Source of the DNA: Oikopleura dioica
Taxonomy: Eukaryota; Animalia; Chordata
Assembly: GCA_907165135.1 (NCBI GenBank)
Contig: OU015568.1
Span: forward strand, 11,098,001-11,162,000
Reading direction: 5' to 3'
DNA length: 64,000 bases
In this document: positions 48,738-61,216 of the stretch, one piece after another
How the letters are laid out: every line of letters begins with the position of its first letter
Position numbering within the stretch: the stretch's first letter is position 1
Program-made: the position numbers and the translations under genes
Notes under the pieces: generated by a model
The model's input: the letters and a program-made list of their open reading frames with translations, nothing else
What the model was told of the DNA's origin: nothing
The model's database searches: none

Positions 48738-50199
48738 TCATGAATATGCACCGTATTTATTCGTCCACTCATCAAGGTTTTTCAATAGCTCGACTGAAGT
48801 CGATGGACGGATGATTTTCGCGGCTTGAGTGAAATCGGAAAATGTGATTGGACGAAATGATTTAATTTTGTTCACTTGATCCACACTAGAAATCTTTAGA
48901 AAGGGAAATTCTTTCGAAAGCTACCTTAGCTCTCGAATAGGCGCTAGAGCAGCTTCTTTCACTAGCTGCGTCAGATCTGATCCAGAATATCCTTCAGTAA
49001 TTTGGCCAAGTCTGGCAATTTCTGTTTCAGAAAGTTTGTGTTTAACTTCTTTGAGAGAGTGGGAAATTAATTGTTGCCTGGCAAGGTCATCTGGCGGTGG
49101 AAGCATGATGCGTTTCGGGAAACGACGAAGAACTGCTTCGTCCAATTCTGAAAATTGGCTAGAAAATAAAAACTGAGGAAAGAAAAACCTTGTGGAAGAT
49201 TCGTTGCGGCGACGATGGTAACTTTATCTTCTTTATTCGTTCCTGCTCCGTCGAATTGAACCAAAAACTCCGTCTTCAAGCGTTTCACCGCGTCTCCTTC
49301 GTTGCTAGATCTCGATGACAGAAGAGAATCGACCTCGTCCATGAAAATGATACAAGGTTGCATTTCACGGGCGACAGTAAACAGCGCGCGGACCATCTTC
49401 TCTCCATCACCGACCCATTTTGAGGTTAAAGAAGAAGCAGAAATATTAAAGAACTTTGCGTCGGGCATTTCTGCAGCAAGCGCTTTCGCCAGGAGAGTTT
49501 TCCCGTTTCCGGGTGGTCCGTAAAGAAGAAGGCCTTTAGGAGGCGCCCGGATACCTAATCATGAATGAGTTTGGAGATTTAGAAAGTAGAAAAATTACCG
49601 GTGAATAGATCAGGACGCATAGCTGGCAAAATCAGCATCTCCTTGAGCGTCGATTTCGCCTGTTGATGGCCAATGACATCTTCGAATCTTATTCCAGACG
49701 TAGATTCCATCACTTCGTCGAGAATTCGCTCAATCATCGCATTATCGATTCCGCCTTTTTTCAACTTTGAAACCATGGCTTTGTCGTTTGAATTTACGTT
49801 GACATTTCTGTTGATGTTCTTGTTCACGTTGATGTTGACATTCTTCGTCACATTCTTTCTCGTCGCTGGGGCAGCTGGTCTACTTGGTGGAGTCGATGCT
49901 TTTTGAACTTGCTTTACATTTGCTGTTCTCAGCTCTCTCATTCTTTCCTCGATGAACTTGATGTTCTTCTTCATCTTCCCTTGCATCTTTCGGCACTCTT
50001 CCTGGTTCGCTCCATTGCCATTTACAACGACGCCAACTCCTCTCCTAAACTCCGTGACGCCTTGGGAGTAAAGCGCGATGTCTGGACTTCCTGCTTCATC
50101 TTTCGCCAGTCCCGCGTGGACGAATTTGAAGCCAGTCTCGTAGCAAGACTTCACTGTAGCGAGACTTTCCGCACTTGGATCTAACCTCTTGGCAAACAT
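48738..50199 (-). CDS. SPAST: Spastin (MIT plus AAA ATPase)
   Basis: MIT-like N-terminus, [79 protein letters not shown] and TEGYSGSDL. Confidence 0.92.
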
Positions 50200-50460
50200 G
50201 ATTTTTTCAGTAACTCTCACACCGATTTACGAAGTCTTTCTTTCATCTATGAATAACGATTTTTGAGTGTTTTATTGAATTTTTATCATTAAAATGTTTG
50301 GTCGCATGATAACAGAAATATGTACAAAATGCGACATGTGGAACTGAAGAGAGACTGAATACAGAATGGAATCATCTTGGATTTTTCTTTCGGATTTCGA
50401 GAGATTTAGCGTGTAAATATTTTGGGCTGCTGAAGATCTGAAAATTCGTCTGGGCAATTT

Positions 50461-51723
50461 CTAGCTGTTTGATAGGAGTGGCTCGTCTTCTTCGTCATCA
50501 ATTTCATCGTAATTGAGCTTGTTGAGACACAGGCATTGGAGCAGAATCTAGAATTGCTGAAATAAAGAGCAGGGAAAAGCGAAAACCTACCGTAAAGTCA
50601 AGCGCGACTGTACCCAACGATCCCGTCAGCCAGGGCAAGTGGTCCATGATAAAATCTTCGTAGGAGCTTCCGTCGTCGTCTTTGCTCATGAGAACCTGCA
50701 ATTTGAAATTCCTGTCTGTCAAAAATTGAATTTTCTTTTACCGAAAACGCATAAGCAAAATTAGCAACGACAGCGAGAAGAAAAGTGAAAGGATGAACGC
50801 CGTCAGTTTTTCCTCGCTTGAAGTTCATGATGATTTGAGGCAGTCGAGAACCAAGGTAAAAGACGGACGAGAGAAGGCCGATTATGTAGCCGGCTTCTTG
50901 AGCGGAGGTTTCAAAGCGAAAAGGTCTTTGGAAGAGAATATTGATTGTATAGAAAGTAAAAGGTTCAATTACCTATTTTCAGTTTGAGTCAAGTAAATGC
51001 CAGTAACGACAGAAGCGGCAGCAACAGAAGAAAAGTCCGGTGAGCGTTGATTTTTGAAGGTGTAATAGAAGAATTGCGCGATGATGGCTACGTCCATGAT
51101 TACGTAATAAATCGCTGTCATCGTCTGGATAGGAAATTGGTGCGTCAGAAAACAGCCCGTCAGGTTCGCGCTAAATTCGGATATTGGAAAAAATCCGAAA
51201 TCGGAAATTTGCACTTACGCGTCGCCGAGAAGCCAAAAAAGCAAAAACCAAATCGACAAAGCATCGTCACAGCGCCCCCTGAACAATCGTTATGTAATCG
51301 AAAAATAGGAAATCCCTGGTGTCAGGGAGTTAATCCTTTCTTCAGAGTGCCAAAAGTTCGGAAGGGTACTAAATTTAAAATAGTTACCTCTTGTAGTTTT
51401 CATAAAGCTGCGGTAGATAAACGAAAAACCAGCAAATGATGGAAAATAGACCCAAATAGAATCCCCATATTTCTACTGGACTTCTGACACATTGGCCGAA
51501 TACTGTAAATATCCACTGGACTCCATCTTCACAATCTGAAAGAAAATTTCTTTACAATGTAAAATTGACATAAAACTGCGTATAATTTATAAGCAATTTA
51601 TACGGTATAAACAATAATTTACATAAAAAAAAAAAGATATTCACATCCTCAATCAAAAAGTCGAATAAAAACATAAAAACCTGTTGCATTTCCAAACGCG
51701 CTCAGATCAGACTGAAATCCCAT
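50461..51723 (-). CDS. SLC66A1: Lysosomal cationic amino-acid transporter PQLC2/SLC66A1 (LAAT-1)
   Basis: CEDGVQWIFTVFGQC, LPQLYENYK (PQ loop 1), GDSANLTGCFLTHQFPIQ, SRLPQIIMNFKR (PQ loop 2), HLPWLTGSLGTVALD and C-terminal dileucine EDEPLL. Confidence 0.9.
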
Positions 51724-52115
51724 AAAACAAAAGCAAAATCTCCACTTCTATCTTCGATCTTCTGATTCGATAGTAGCTCGAGTCGGCAATTCTCCGTCTC
51801 TTCTTCTTTCCACTCTCTCTGATAAAAATCGCTGTGTATTTTTCCAGTGTCTCAGAGACTGACCTCGTGAAAGCCTCTGTCTTGAAAAATTGCGTAGGCG
51901 CGCGGGTCAACTAATTGCGTTTTTAGAGATTTTTTTTTGAACTTTTTTTCAACCCTCCAGAGAATCTCTTCAATCTATTCTTTTCTGCTTTCTGATTGGC
52001 TTTGGCCACTAGAGTCTCCAAGTAATTATTCAATGATGATGTAACACATAAATGCGAGGAACTTTTCATTGAAAACAACTTTTTTTTTAGACGAATGATT
52101 TCTTGAGCTGCGAAA

Positions 52116-54382
52116 ATGTCAAATTTCATCCGGGATAAGCCGCTGCGAAAAACCGCCGCGGAAGGATACGAAAATGACAGCGACCGAGAGTTTATCGCTG
52201 ATTCCAGCGACGATAAAGATGATGATTCTCAATCTGATTCTGAACTGGGCTCTGGTAGGCTTTCTCTTTTTATCTTCATTGATTCCATTTTTCTTTTTAG
52301 ATTCATCGGATGCTGTGGAAAGAATGAATAGGGAGGAATACAAGCGAAGCACGCGAAAAGTTACAAGAAGAGGGCGGGTAAAGAAAGAAATTGAATCCGA
52401 GATTACCAGTGCTTCCTCTTCGGATGAAATCACCATCAAGAAGAAGCGGAAGGTAATGAGCTCTTCCAGCGATGAGGAAGCCCCGCCGCCTGTTGATGCG
52501 CCTCCGAAACCAGCACCAAAAAGAAGCAAGAGAAAGAGGAATCTTTCGTCTTCCGAGGAAGAGGCGAATGAACAGAATTCAGCGGACTCTTCGGAAGATG
52601 CAACGAAAGCTACGCCGCTTAGAAGATCGAGAAGAAAAACAAGACAGAATAGGTAATTCTCCCTTGGGTAAACTCAAAAATAAATTTCCAGGGTTCGGAA
52701 AGTCTTCGTTTCCGTTGACAGTGATGATGACAAGCCATCAACCCAGAACCTTGCGTCGAGCGGAGAAGAGCCCGAGAAGCCAACCAACACAAAGACAGTT
52801 CCAGTGGAGACACCGATGTGCGAAGATCAGTATTCGAAAACGTACGGTGGCGATTTCACGGAACTTGTAATCGTGATCACGTTAGTTTCTTCATTTAACT
52901 GAAATCAAGGAAGATTATTTTATACTTTCAGCCCCCTGACGAAGCGCGAGATTAAATTACAAACCAAAGCTGGCTGGCTAGACGATGAAGCGGACGAAAA
53001 GCGACCTTCAGAGACAGAATCTTCTGACGGCGACATTGAGCCTTTCAAACCCGATTCTCACAATTGCTCCTTCGCGAAGCCGAAAGTTATCGTCTCCTCC
53101 GACGAATCAGATGTGGAGACGAAGGCACAGCGAAAAATACGACGACCCATGATCGTGGAGTCTTCTGATTCAGATGAAGAAAAGCCAATTCCAGCTAAAC
53201 GAGCTCCACGAGCGTGGCAGAATACTGACGAAAGCTCGAGCGACGAGGATATGGACAAAGATCTATCTGATTTTGTCGTCTCTGATGAAGAAAGTCAGAA
53301 GAAAAAACAGAAAGAAAAGACGCAAGTAATTCATGATAGCGAATCTGAGTCTTCCGAAGAAGAAAGGCCGGGAAACCGATCCATTCTAGCAGAACTGGCG
53401 CCTGAACTCATGCAAGATCTTAGAAGAGATCAAGTCTTGAGCAAGGCTGATTTCAAGTTGATTATCAAACTGTTTGTTATGGACAATTTGAACTCGAAGG
53501 TAATGAATAAAAGTTTTTTTGTACAGGCCTAAATATATTTAAATAAGAGCTTGGACAATGCAAACGGTACGCGCGATGGGTTTTCAGAAGAATTCACCGA
53601 GTTCAATCAGAAAGTGCGAAGAGCGATAAACAAGATGGACAATTCGCTGAACGAAAGCATGAGCAAATGCGTCACTGGAGCTTGGAATGCCATTGTCAGA
53701 CGAAGGATTGATATGCATTCGACCATGTCTACCGTTCCAGCGATGAACATCGTAAGATTTTGAATGTTGTTTCAAAGTAAAGTGCTTTTTTGTAGTGGAA
53801 ATGCAAAGTTTGTAATCGGAGAAGAAAGTGTAGCGTAATGGTAAGCCTTGTGGGATACGAGTACAACAGGTCAAGTCTGAGGCAAAACAAACATGCCGAC
53901 TATGAGATTACGGACGAGGAAATTCCATTCATGGAGGATGTGAACGGGCAACAAGAGTACAAGAATGAAGATGATGATGAAGAGACGGAGGAGGAGAAAG
54001 TACCAGGAGTGCTCTTTAGTGTCGGCCCAAGATGCTTTTTCAGGTTTGCAAAGCAAATATTGACAAAAATATAGACAACTTTTATCTTAGAATGGACTTG
54101 TACCACGAGGCCCGTCACTATAAGGCGGCACTTTATGCGGAAATCCAGGAAGAGTACGCTCATCAGCTTGAAAACGACGATGCTCTTCAGAAAGCTCACT
54201 GGGAAGCAGAACGTGATGAGCACAAACCCGATCGTCTCGTGGGCGCAGATCTTTTTCGAGTAGCAGATCTATTCGTGGAGAAGATGGAAGGATATATAGA
54301 TACCAGCTACGCTCAGTACACTGGCATTGGAATTCGAGCACGAGATGTCGACCTCCAAGCTGGCTACATCGACGAAGAATGA
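52116..54382 (+). CDS. CCDC82-like protein (acidic/Ser-rich N-terminus, DUF4211-like C-terminus)
   Basis: Long S/D/E/K-rich region with DFVVSDEE, then CKVC, SLVGYEYN, FSVGPRC and LYHEARHYK. Confidence 0.65.
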
Positions 54383-54703
54383 TTTCATAACTTTAACATC
54401 CTGCCTTTTCAAAACGGAAATTCCTCGCAACGAAATAAAAGGAAAACATTTTTGAAAATCGAACGCCGGATCTTTATTAGACAGAAGTTTCTTGTAAATT
54501 TGAAGTTAAACGTTGGAGCCGTCGCGTTTACGCTTGAACGCATGCAAAGGGCAGTTTATCAGATGAACTTTATTGTTCAATAGCTCTATAAACGCAGAAA
54601 GCTCTGAAACTTTGTAACATCATTTTTATATTTCGGAGAGAAAAATAGGAAGATGGGATTTCCAGGCTTCAACTCAACTCAAGGTGCGTTTTACCTCGAT
54701 TTT

Positions 54704-54789
54704 CGCCTGGTCCATTTTCGATTTTGGACCAGGCAAGGATTTTGGAGCAGGTAAGGATTTGGACCAGGCGAGGATTTGGACCAGGCGAG
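54704..54789. repeat. Four tandem 17-18-bp units GATTT(T)GGACCAGGC(A/G)AG preceded by an inverted copy
   Basis: Units at 54720-54737, 54738-54755, 54756-54772 and 54773-54789; inverted CGCCTGGTCCA at 54704-54714. Confidence 0.85.
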
Positions 54790-55233
54790 GACAAACCGGA
54801 CAGTCTACCGTAGACTAGTCAGGGTCATCAATAGTTAATTCACTTCGAGGTTGTTTACGCCGATGAAAATACCTTTTGAAAGAGCTCGATTCTCTTAAAA
54901 ATTCTCAATATCTTATTGACAATAAGCAGCGACGTCAATTAGAGAGGCTCCCAGGCCGGCATTGAACCTGGGGAAGTCGTTCATTCCTAATCGAGGCTGT
55001 GACGGCGATTTTCGTCACTCGTTTTGTCACAATAAAGCTTTTGATTCACACGGCTGCCGGAGAACAGACAGATTACAATTTTTATAAGCAAACAACTCCC
55101 ATTTTTAAGTAAATTATTTCACTGTGAAGCCAAAAATGATGGAGCCACTACTTGAAATCAAGAATGAGAATAACAATGTCACGGCGACTCTTGAGAAGAA
55201 AATTAATTTGAAAAAGTAAGTTTATTTAATTAG

Positions 55234-56316
55234 CTACCAGCGGGAAATAATTTCAGTCATAAATTTCACCATTGCAGTTCCCCTCTTATAATTCGGGTTC
55301 AAGATTATGCTAACTATTTTAAAAAAGCTAATTTATCATTTTCGAACCCTCCTTGTCCGCGATTTCCACAACTTCTTCGTGGCTCACCTCATTTACTTCC
55401 TCGTAGTTTGGTTTACATTCATTCGTAATTAAAGAGATAGCCATGCATTTCAGTCCGCACTGTCTGGCTGCAGTAACTTCGTAAACAGTACTCATCCCGA
55501 GAGCATCTACTCCGTAGCTTTGAGCCATCTTCATTTCAGCTACTGTTTCATAAGAAGGGCCTGTGATGCATTGGTAAACGCCTTCTTGAATTCTATCCTC
55601 TCCGATTTCACTATGAAACAAATTATGTAACGAGTAGGTCGCGGAAACGCTTACGTTGCTATTTCTTTTGCCGATTTTCGTAACTCGGCGTCGTAACAAT
55701 TAAACATATTCGTAAAACGAGGGCCCCAAAATAGATCTGTTTCCCCAAGCGTAGGATGCAGTCCGACCAAACCTGGAAGGTTGATATGGTCCTTCACGAT
55801 CATGAAATCGCCCATTTTGTAATAAGGGTTGAGTCCTCCCGCTGCATTTGTAAGCGCTAATTTTTCGACTCCCAGGAGTTTGAATAGTCTATTGATGAGT
55901 TTATTTAATCACGTCTATTTGTACCGAATAGGGAAAGCACAAGCATTGGCAGGATAACCTTCATAAAGATGAAACCGTCCTTGCATACAAACAACTTCCT
56001 TTCCGCGGATCTTTCCAAAAACAAGTCTTCCCTTCAAAAATATTCGAAACTAATTATTGTTGTTCTAAAACCTTGTGTCCAGGAACAGTTGAAAGGGGGA
56101 AATGGGGAATGTTTTTGTATTCGAAAGCTTGGGCTTCGTCTAAAGTATCAGCGAATTTGCCAAGTCCGCTGCCACAGACAACTCCTATTTTTGGACGTAA
56201 AGAGGTTCTAGCAGTAATCCAGTTGAATGCCTCGACATATCGGTTGTCAGCTTATCAGAATTAACGAGTTTTCTATTTTTCTTAAACTAACCAGGTTCTT
56301 TAGAGGGATTCTCCAT
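55234..56316 (-). CDS. PNP: Purine nucleoside phosphorylase, paralog A
   Basis: [63 protein letters not shown] and SLITN. Confidence 0.95.
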
Positions 56317-57146
56317 GATTTCGAGTCTCTCGAGTTTATTTTTGATTGCTTTCGCTCTGATTTGCGCTGACTAACACATTTAGTAGGAACATTCTCTTTT
56401 TTATGACTGAGGCGTGATCTATTCTGTTTGACCGGATACATTAACTTATAAAAGTTTTCATTTTGCTTCGATAAAAATTTAATTATCTATCTTTGTGTTA
56501 ACAGTAAACAATGTACCATCTTCAATCGACCTTGGATGACAATTATTTCTTATGTCTGGCATTTTTATTACCCTTTTTTGCATCACTTTTATTTTACCTT
56601 TCATGATAATCCAAATAAGAAACTTCACTAGGTCAATATTTAACAATGAAATTTTCCCCAGTCTAATTTACTCTAAGGCGCGATTGCAATTCTGTACATA
56701 GACTTTTTATACGAGAGACTGCAGATATGTTGTAAGTAATCATTCTTGTTTTTGAAGTTCGTCTGAAAGGGTATGAGAAAATGGGCGTTTTCAATCATAG
56801 GAATGTCAAAAATAGAGGTGGAGGAGCCGAGCCCGAGGGCTTGTTATTGCCGCTTTAAAACTGTGTGCAAGGGATGAAAATGCATCAGAGTAACTTAAGC
56901 TCAGAGTTTTAAACCTTACAGGTTTTTTCCGAAGCTGCCAATCGATCCGCTGATCCAATACATCCTATAAGAGGCTCTCATTGATTGAGGTTTAGAGTGA
57001 TTACATAGGTGTCCTGGTGAGACTTTCGTTGTTCTCCATTTTTTTCTAGAAGATAATTTATTCCGCGGTGTTGATGGAACCCTGAATTATTCCCTCGGGA
57101 CTCAATTATCTTCATTTATCTCTTTTTAAGAACTTTAACTCACGAT

Positions 57147-58381
57147 ATGGCTGCCAGACCACAACATCCAGGCATGGGCTTTTCATATATTTTCTGATTT
57201 TTGCAGATCCCTAGAGAATTAATTATCAAGCTCGAAAACAGCTGATCCAAAATATTATGAAGCACTCAACTGGATCAAGGAGAGAGTATCTAGCCGACCG
57301 AAAATCGGTGTTGTTTGCGGCAGCGGCTTGGGAAAATTTGCAGACACGCTCGAAGACGTCACAAGTTTCGATTACAAAGACATTCCTCATTTTCCAGTTT
57401 CTACCGTTGAAGGTCACAAGGTAAAAGTTGAAGACGATGGTCATGGTAACGTTTGTTCAATAAACTTGATACGGAGGAGAATGTACATTTTATTGACAGT
57501 AAATAATTATTTGCTGTTGATTATCAGATTTCCCTCTATTTAGTCTATAAACAAATTGTTCTCACATTATGTGAGAATCTAGGTCAGATTCTAAAAGATT
57601 CTTCAGGGATGTCTCGTATTTGGCAAACTCAACGGGAAAGAACTCGTCTGCATGCAGGGACGATTCCATCTCTACGAAGGATACGAAGCTTCTGCCTGTG
57701 CATTTCCGATCCGGTAAGCTCAAGACAACCAACCCTTTTTAAATATACCTTAAGACTTTTCAAACTTCTCGGAGTTGAGAAACTGGCGCTTACAAATGCT
57801 GCAGGCGGTTTGAACCAGAACTACAAACTCGGCGACTTCATGCTTGTGAAGGATCATTTGAACCTCCCTGCCCTTATGGGTCTTTCCCCAACACTCGGAG
57901 TCAATGATCTCTACTGGGGACCTCGATTCATCAACATGCACAACTGCTACGACCAAGAGCTCCGAGACCTTGCCAAGAAAGGTAAGCAAAATATAGGTGC
58001 CCAAATTATTACTTCCTTTTAGTCGCGGCGGAGATCGGAGAAGAAAAAATTCAAGAGGGAGTGTATCAATGCCAAGTTGGGCCATGTTATGAAACAGTTG
58101 CTGAGCAGAAACTCGCTCAAGCTGCTGGCGTGGATGCTCTTGGAATGAGCACAGTTTATGAAGGTAATTTTGTCTGCAATTACTTTTGTCTTATTCATTT
58201 CTAAGTTGTTGCTGCCCGACATTGTGACATCAAGTGCTTCGCAATCTCAATGATCACGAACATCTGCAATCCTAGCTACGACGTCGTCACTGAAGTCAAC
58301 CACGAAGAAGTCATCGAGTGCGCAACTACTCGAGGCGACGCCATGGTCAAACTCATCTCCGCTATTCTTGACAAGTGGTAA
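57147..58381 (+). CDS. PNP: Purine nucleoside phosphorylase, paralog B
   Basis: [63 protein letters not shown] and SMITN. Confidence 0.95.
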
Positions 58382-59152
58382 ATTCCGTTTCTGTAGGAAA
58401 GACTCCTTCATAAAATTACAAAATAAAATATTCACATTTCTGACCATCATCAATGCTGATCCAGCATATTTTATATGTAGACCTCTTTCTTTCTGTTCAC
58501 GATTGAATGTGGATCAAGTTAATAACCAAAACTGGTGTCTGTTTCAAATTCTGCCACAAATTTACTTTTGTCTGAGATTATTACTGTCTGTAGTTGAGAG
58601 AATAAAGTTTAATAATAAGTTAAAAGAGAATTTTCTTGAGCTTTTCTGAAATCAAAAAAGACCCCTTTATTTCAGAATTCAAATTTAATATTCTATGAAT
58701 GTCATTCTATTCCCACATCATTGATTTTCTAACCTGTTAATGCGTGAATTGACATTTGCTTGCCAGTGATCGACTAAAGCAGATAAAACTCAGATCTTGA
58801 AAAGTTCAAGAAGAGAATGAAGATACAGATATTTTTCGGACTTAGCTATTGTCATTTGGCGAGACCATTTTTCCCGACTGTTGGAAAGCTAAATTTGCCA
58901 ACTAGGTGCGCTATCTACAGACTTGGTCTTGATCAAGAGAATCAGAACAACGAGCTACGAAATATTGTCTCAAAACTGTACAATAAATTCTGTTGAGTTA
59001 ATGAAAATACTTTGTTTATTCAAAAAATATGGATCGACAGATAAGAAATTAAATGAATGTTGTCATGAAGGATGAGTATTCGGAGATATTTAGGATGAGA
59101 GAATTTTGCATATTCGAATAATTTGAAGGAAGAATGAGATGCGCAGGGCAAA

Positions 59153-59769
59153 TTAGACATAGAAAACACGGACTCGCGACTTGGAAATGACCACGGACTC
59201 GTTGAAGAAAAGCGTTTCGATTTCAATATTGCCACTTTGAGTTAAATTGAGTCCCGAAAATTGGCTACACCCTCTCACCTCAGAATGGACGCACCGAGGA
59301 CGCCAGCTGAATCAGCTTCGATAACGTTTTCCCAAGAATTCGTCGTGTTTGGCATCACAAAACCGAAATGAAATGGCCATTCTTCCATTAATCGCCCTCT
59401 AGTGTTATCAATTAGAAACTACTAAAATCTCTGTATCCAAACTTGAAGTAAATCCTCTGAACAAGGCTGAAGTTTTCGATGAGTTCTTTTGACGAAAAGT
59501 TGAGCTCTCGGCAGACCGATTTGCACTTGAGTATTCTCTTTGGAATACGAGCTTCGTGGGTTACATTTGTCCTCGAGAAGTCAGTCGTCTGTTGCCAAAG
59601 AACTCGGCCTTTGTCGCCGTCTTTCATTTTCATCCAATTCCTAAAAAATGAATAAAAAACTGAAATGTTTCTAAAATTACAGTTTGAATCCATCAACTAT
59701 CTTTTGATTCTTGATCATTTCTGCATGTTCATCTTTAGTCGGCGTCCGAACATCTGCTGTAACGCTCAT
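59153..59769 (-). CDS. PDE6D: Prenyl-binding protein PDE6 delta
   Basis: GFKLNWMKMKDGDKGRVLWQ, HEARIPKRILKCKSVCRELNFSS, EEWPFHFGFVMPNTTNSW and SRVRVFYV-stop. Confidence 0.93.
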
Positions 59770-60025
59770 ATTCAGCAAGATCTAAAGAAGGAAAATATAT
59801 TCACACAAATTTTATTCGAGTTCGAGAAGAGAGAGCTTAAATTGATTGAACTTCGGGAAGCAGTAAAAACTGAAAAAGTCTAAAACAAAACGAAGATAGG
59901 ACAAACTGAGTGTATAACATTTCCCCTCGACACAGGACGAGTACTTTGAGAAAGGCAAGTCAAAAGATGAATAAATAAATATTAAAAAGAGAGCAGAATA
60001 AAATAAAAAAATCTAGATCTTTTCT

Positions 60026-61114
60026 TTATTTTTCTCGTTCTTGGCGCAAATGTTCGGATGTTAGGCGAATACGGCGGCCGACTTTTTGAATACTTTCCTC
60101 TGCTACGTCTGTAACGATGTTCTCCGTAGACTCTAGAATTGAAAATGAGCTTGTATTTTAATGGTAGGAATGATGGTAAAAGAGTAGGCGCGATAGATGT
60201 GAATGTAAATGAATACCTTCAAACTACAAGCGAAAAGCTTTTACAACTTTGTCATTTCGTCTAAAAGCGCGCTCAACGGATGATCTTAACGCGGCCACTT
60301 ACCGAGGGTTTCTTTGACAGCTTGGCTGATTTCGCCAAGTTCCTCTTTGAGATTCTCTGTAACTTTGACAGTGGTTGTTTCGATATCTTCAACAAGGACT
60401 TTTAAGCTTTCACGGAAGTGGTGCAGGTCAAGAAGTCCGTCTGGGCCAGAGTGGAGCTTCTCGGTCACCCACTTGAGACCATCGAGGCCTTTCTTTGAAT
60501 TGCCAACGCAAGTTGCCACAAATTGGCTCTTAATTATAATCATCATCGTGTTAACCTCAAATATGACAAACCTCGAACCAGCTGTTGAACCAACTATTGA
60601 TATCGCACTGAACTTTCCACGTCTGAGTTAGTTCTGTCTCTGTTTCAGAGATTTTTTTGTACTGCATCACTTCGACGAAGTTGAGGAAAGCAGCCATCGA
60701 GTTGTTCTTCGAATATTGCATCAGCAGACCTTCTTCCTTGTCAATGACGGTCTTCTCGTAGCTATGTGCCTAGGAAAATCAATGGAGAAAGGAATGGAAA
60801 TGAACGGCTTACCACTTCGGGGAAGTTGATCCCTGTGCACTTGAGGAATGTAGATCTGATGATGGAGGGAACGGGGAAAGCGTTGCCAACCCATTTCTCG
60901 GTTATAAGGAGTCCGTTCTCAATTCGCCGTTTTAAAACATCGTTTGTTTTCGCAGCTAAAAAGTTCGTGAGTATCAATTTGATACTATCAACGCTTTGAA
61001 CTTGATGCACGAAAATGTACCTTTTGAGTGGGGATTCGGATATTTTTGGTTGATGCCTTCAATCAGCTCTTCCCAAGGTCTATCAAGTACAGTAACACTC
61101 TTCTCAATTCTCAT
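60026..61114 (-). CDS. PRELI/MSF1-domain mitochondrial lipid-transfer protein (Slmo/PRELID3-like)
   Basis: PWEELIEGINQKYPNPHSK, DVLKRRIENGLLITEK, YEKTVID...YSKN and GNSKKGLDGLKWV. Confidence 0.85.
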
Positions 61115-61216
61115 TACAAAAGTATCAAACGCGAGGTCTTTACGTTTGCAACGGGCACCGCTTCAATAACGACTCTAAAGTTATCAAAGAGGTAGTAAGG
61201 GATTAAATCTTTTAAA

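Noticed and set aside
54720-54789. CRISPR-like array
   Set aside because: The units are directly adjacent with no unique spacers, and the context is eukaryotic.
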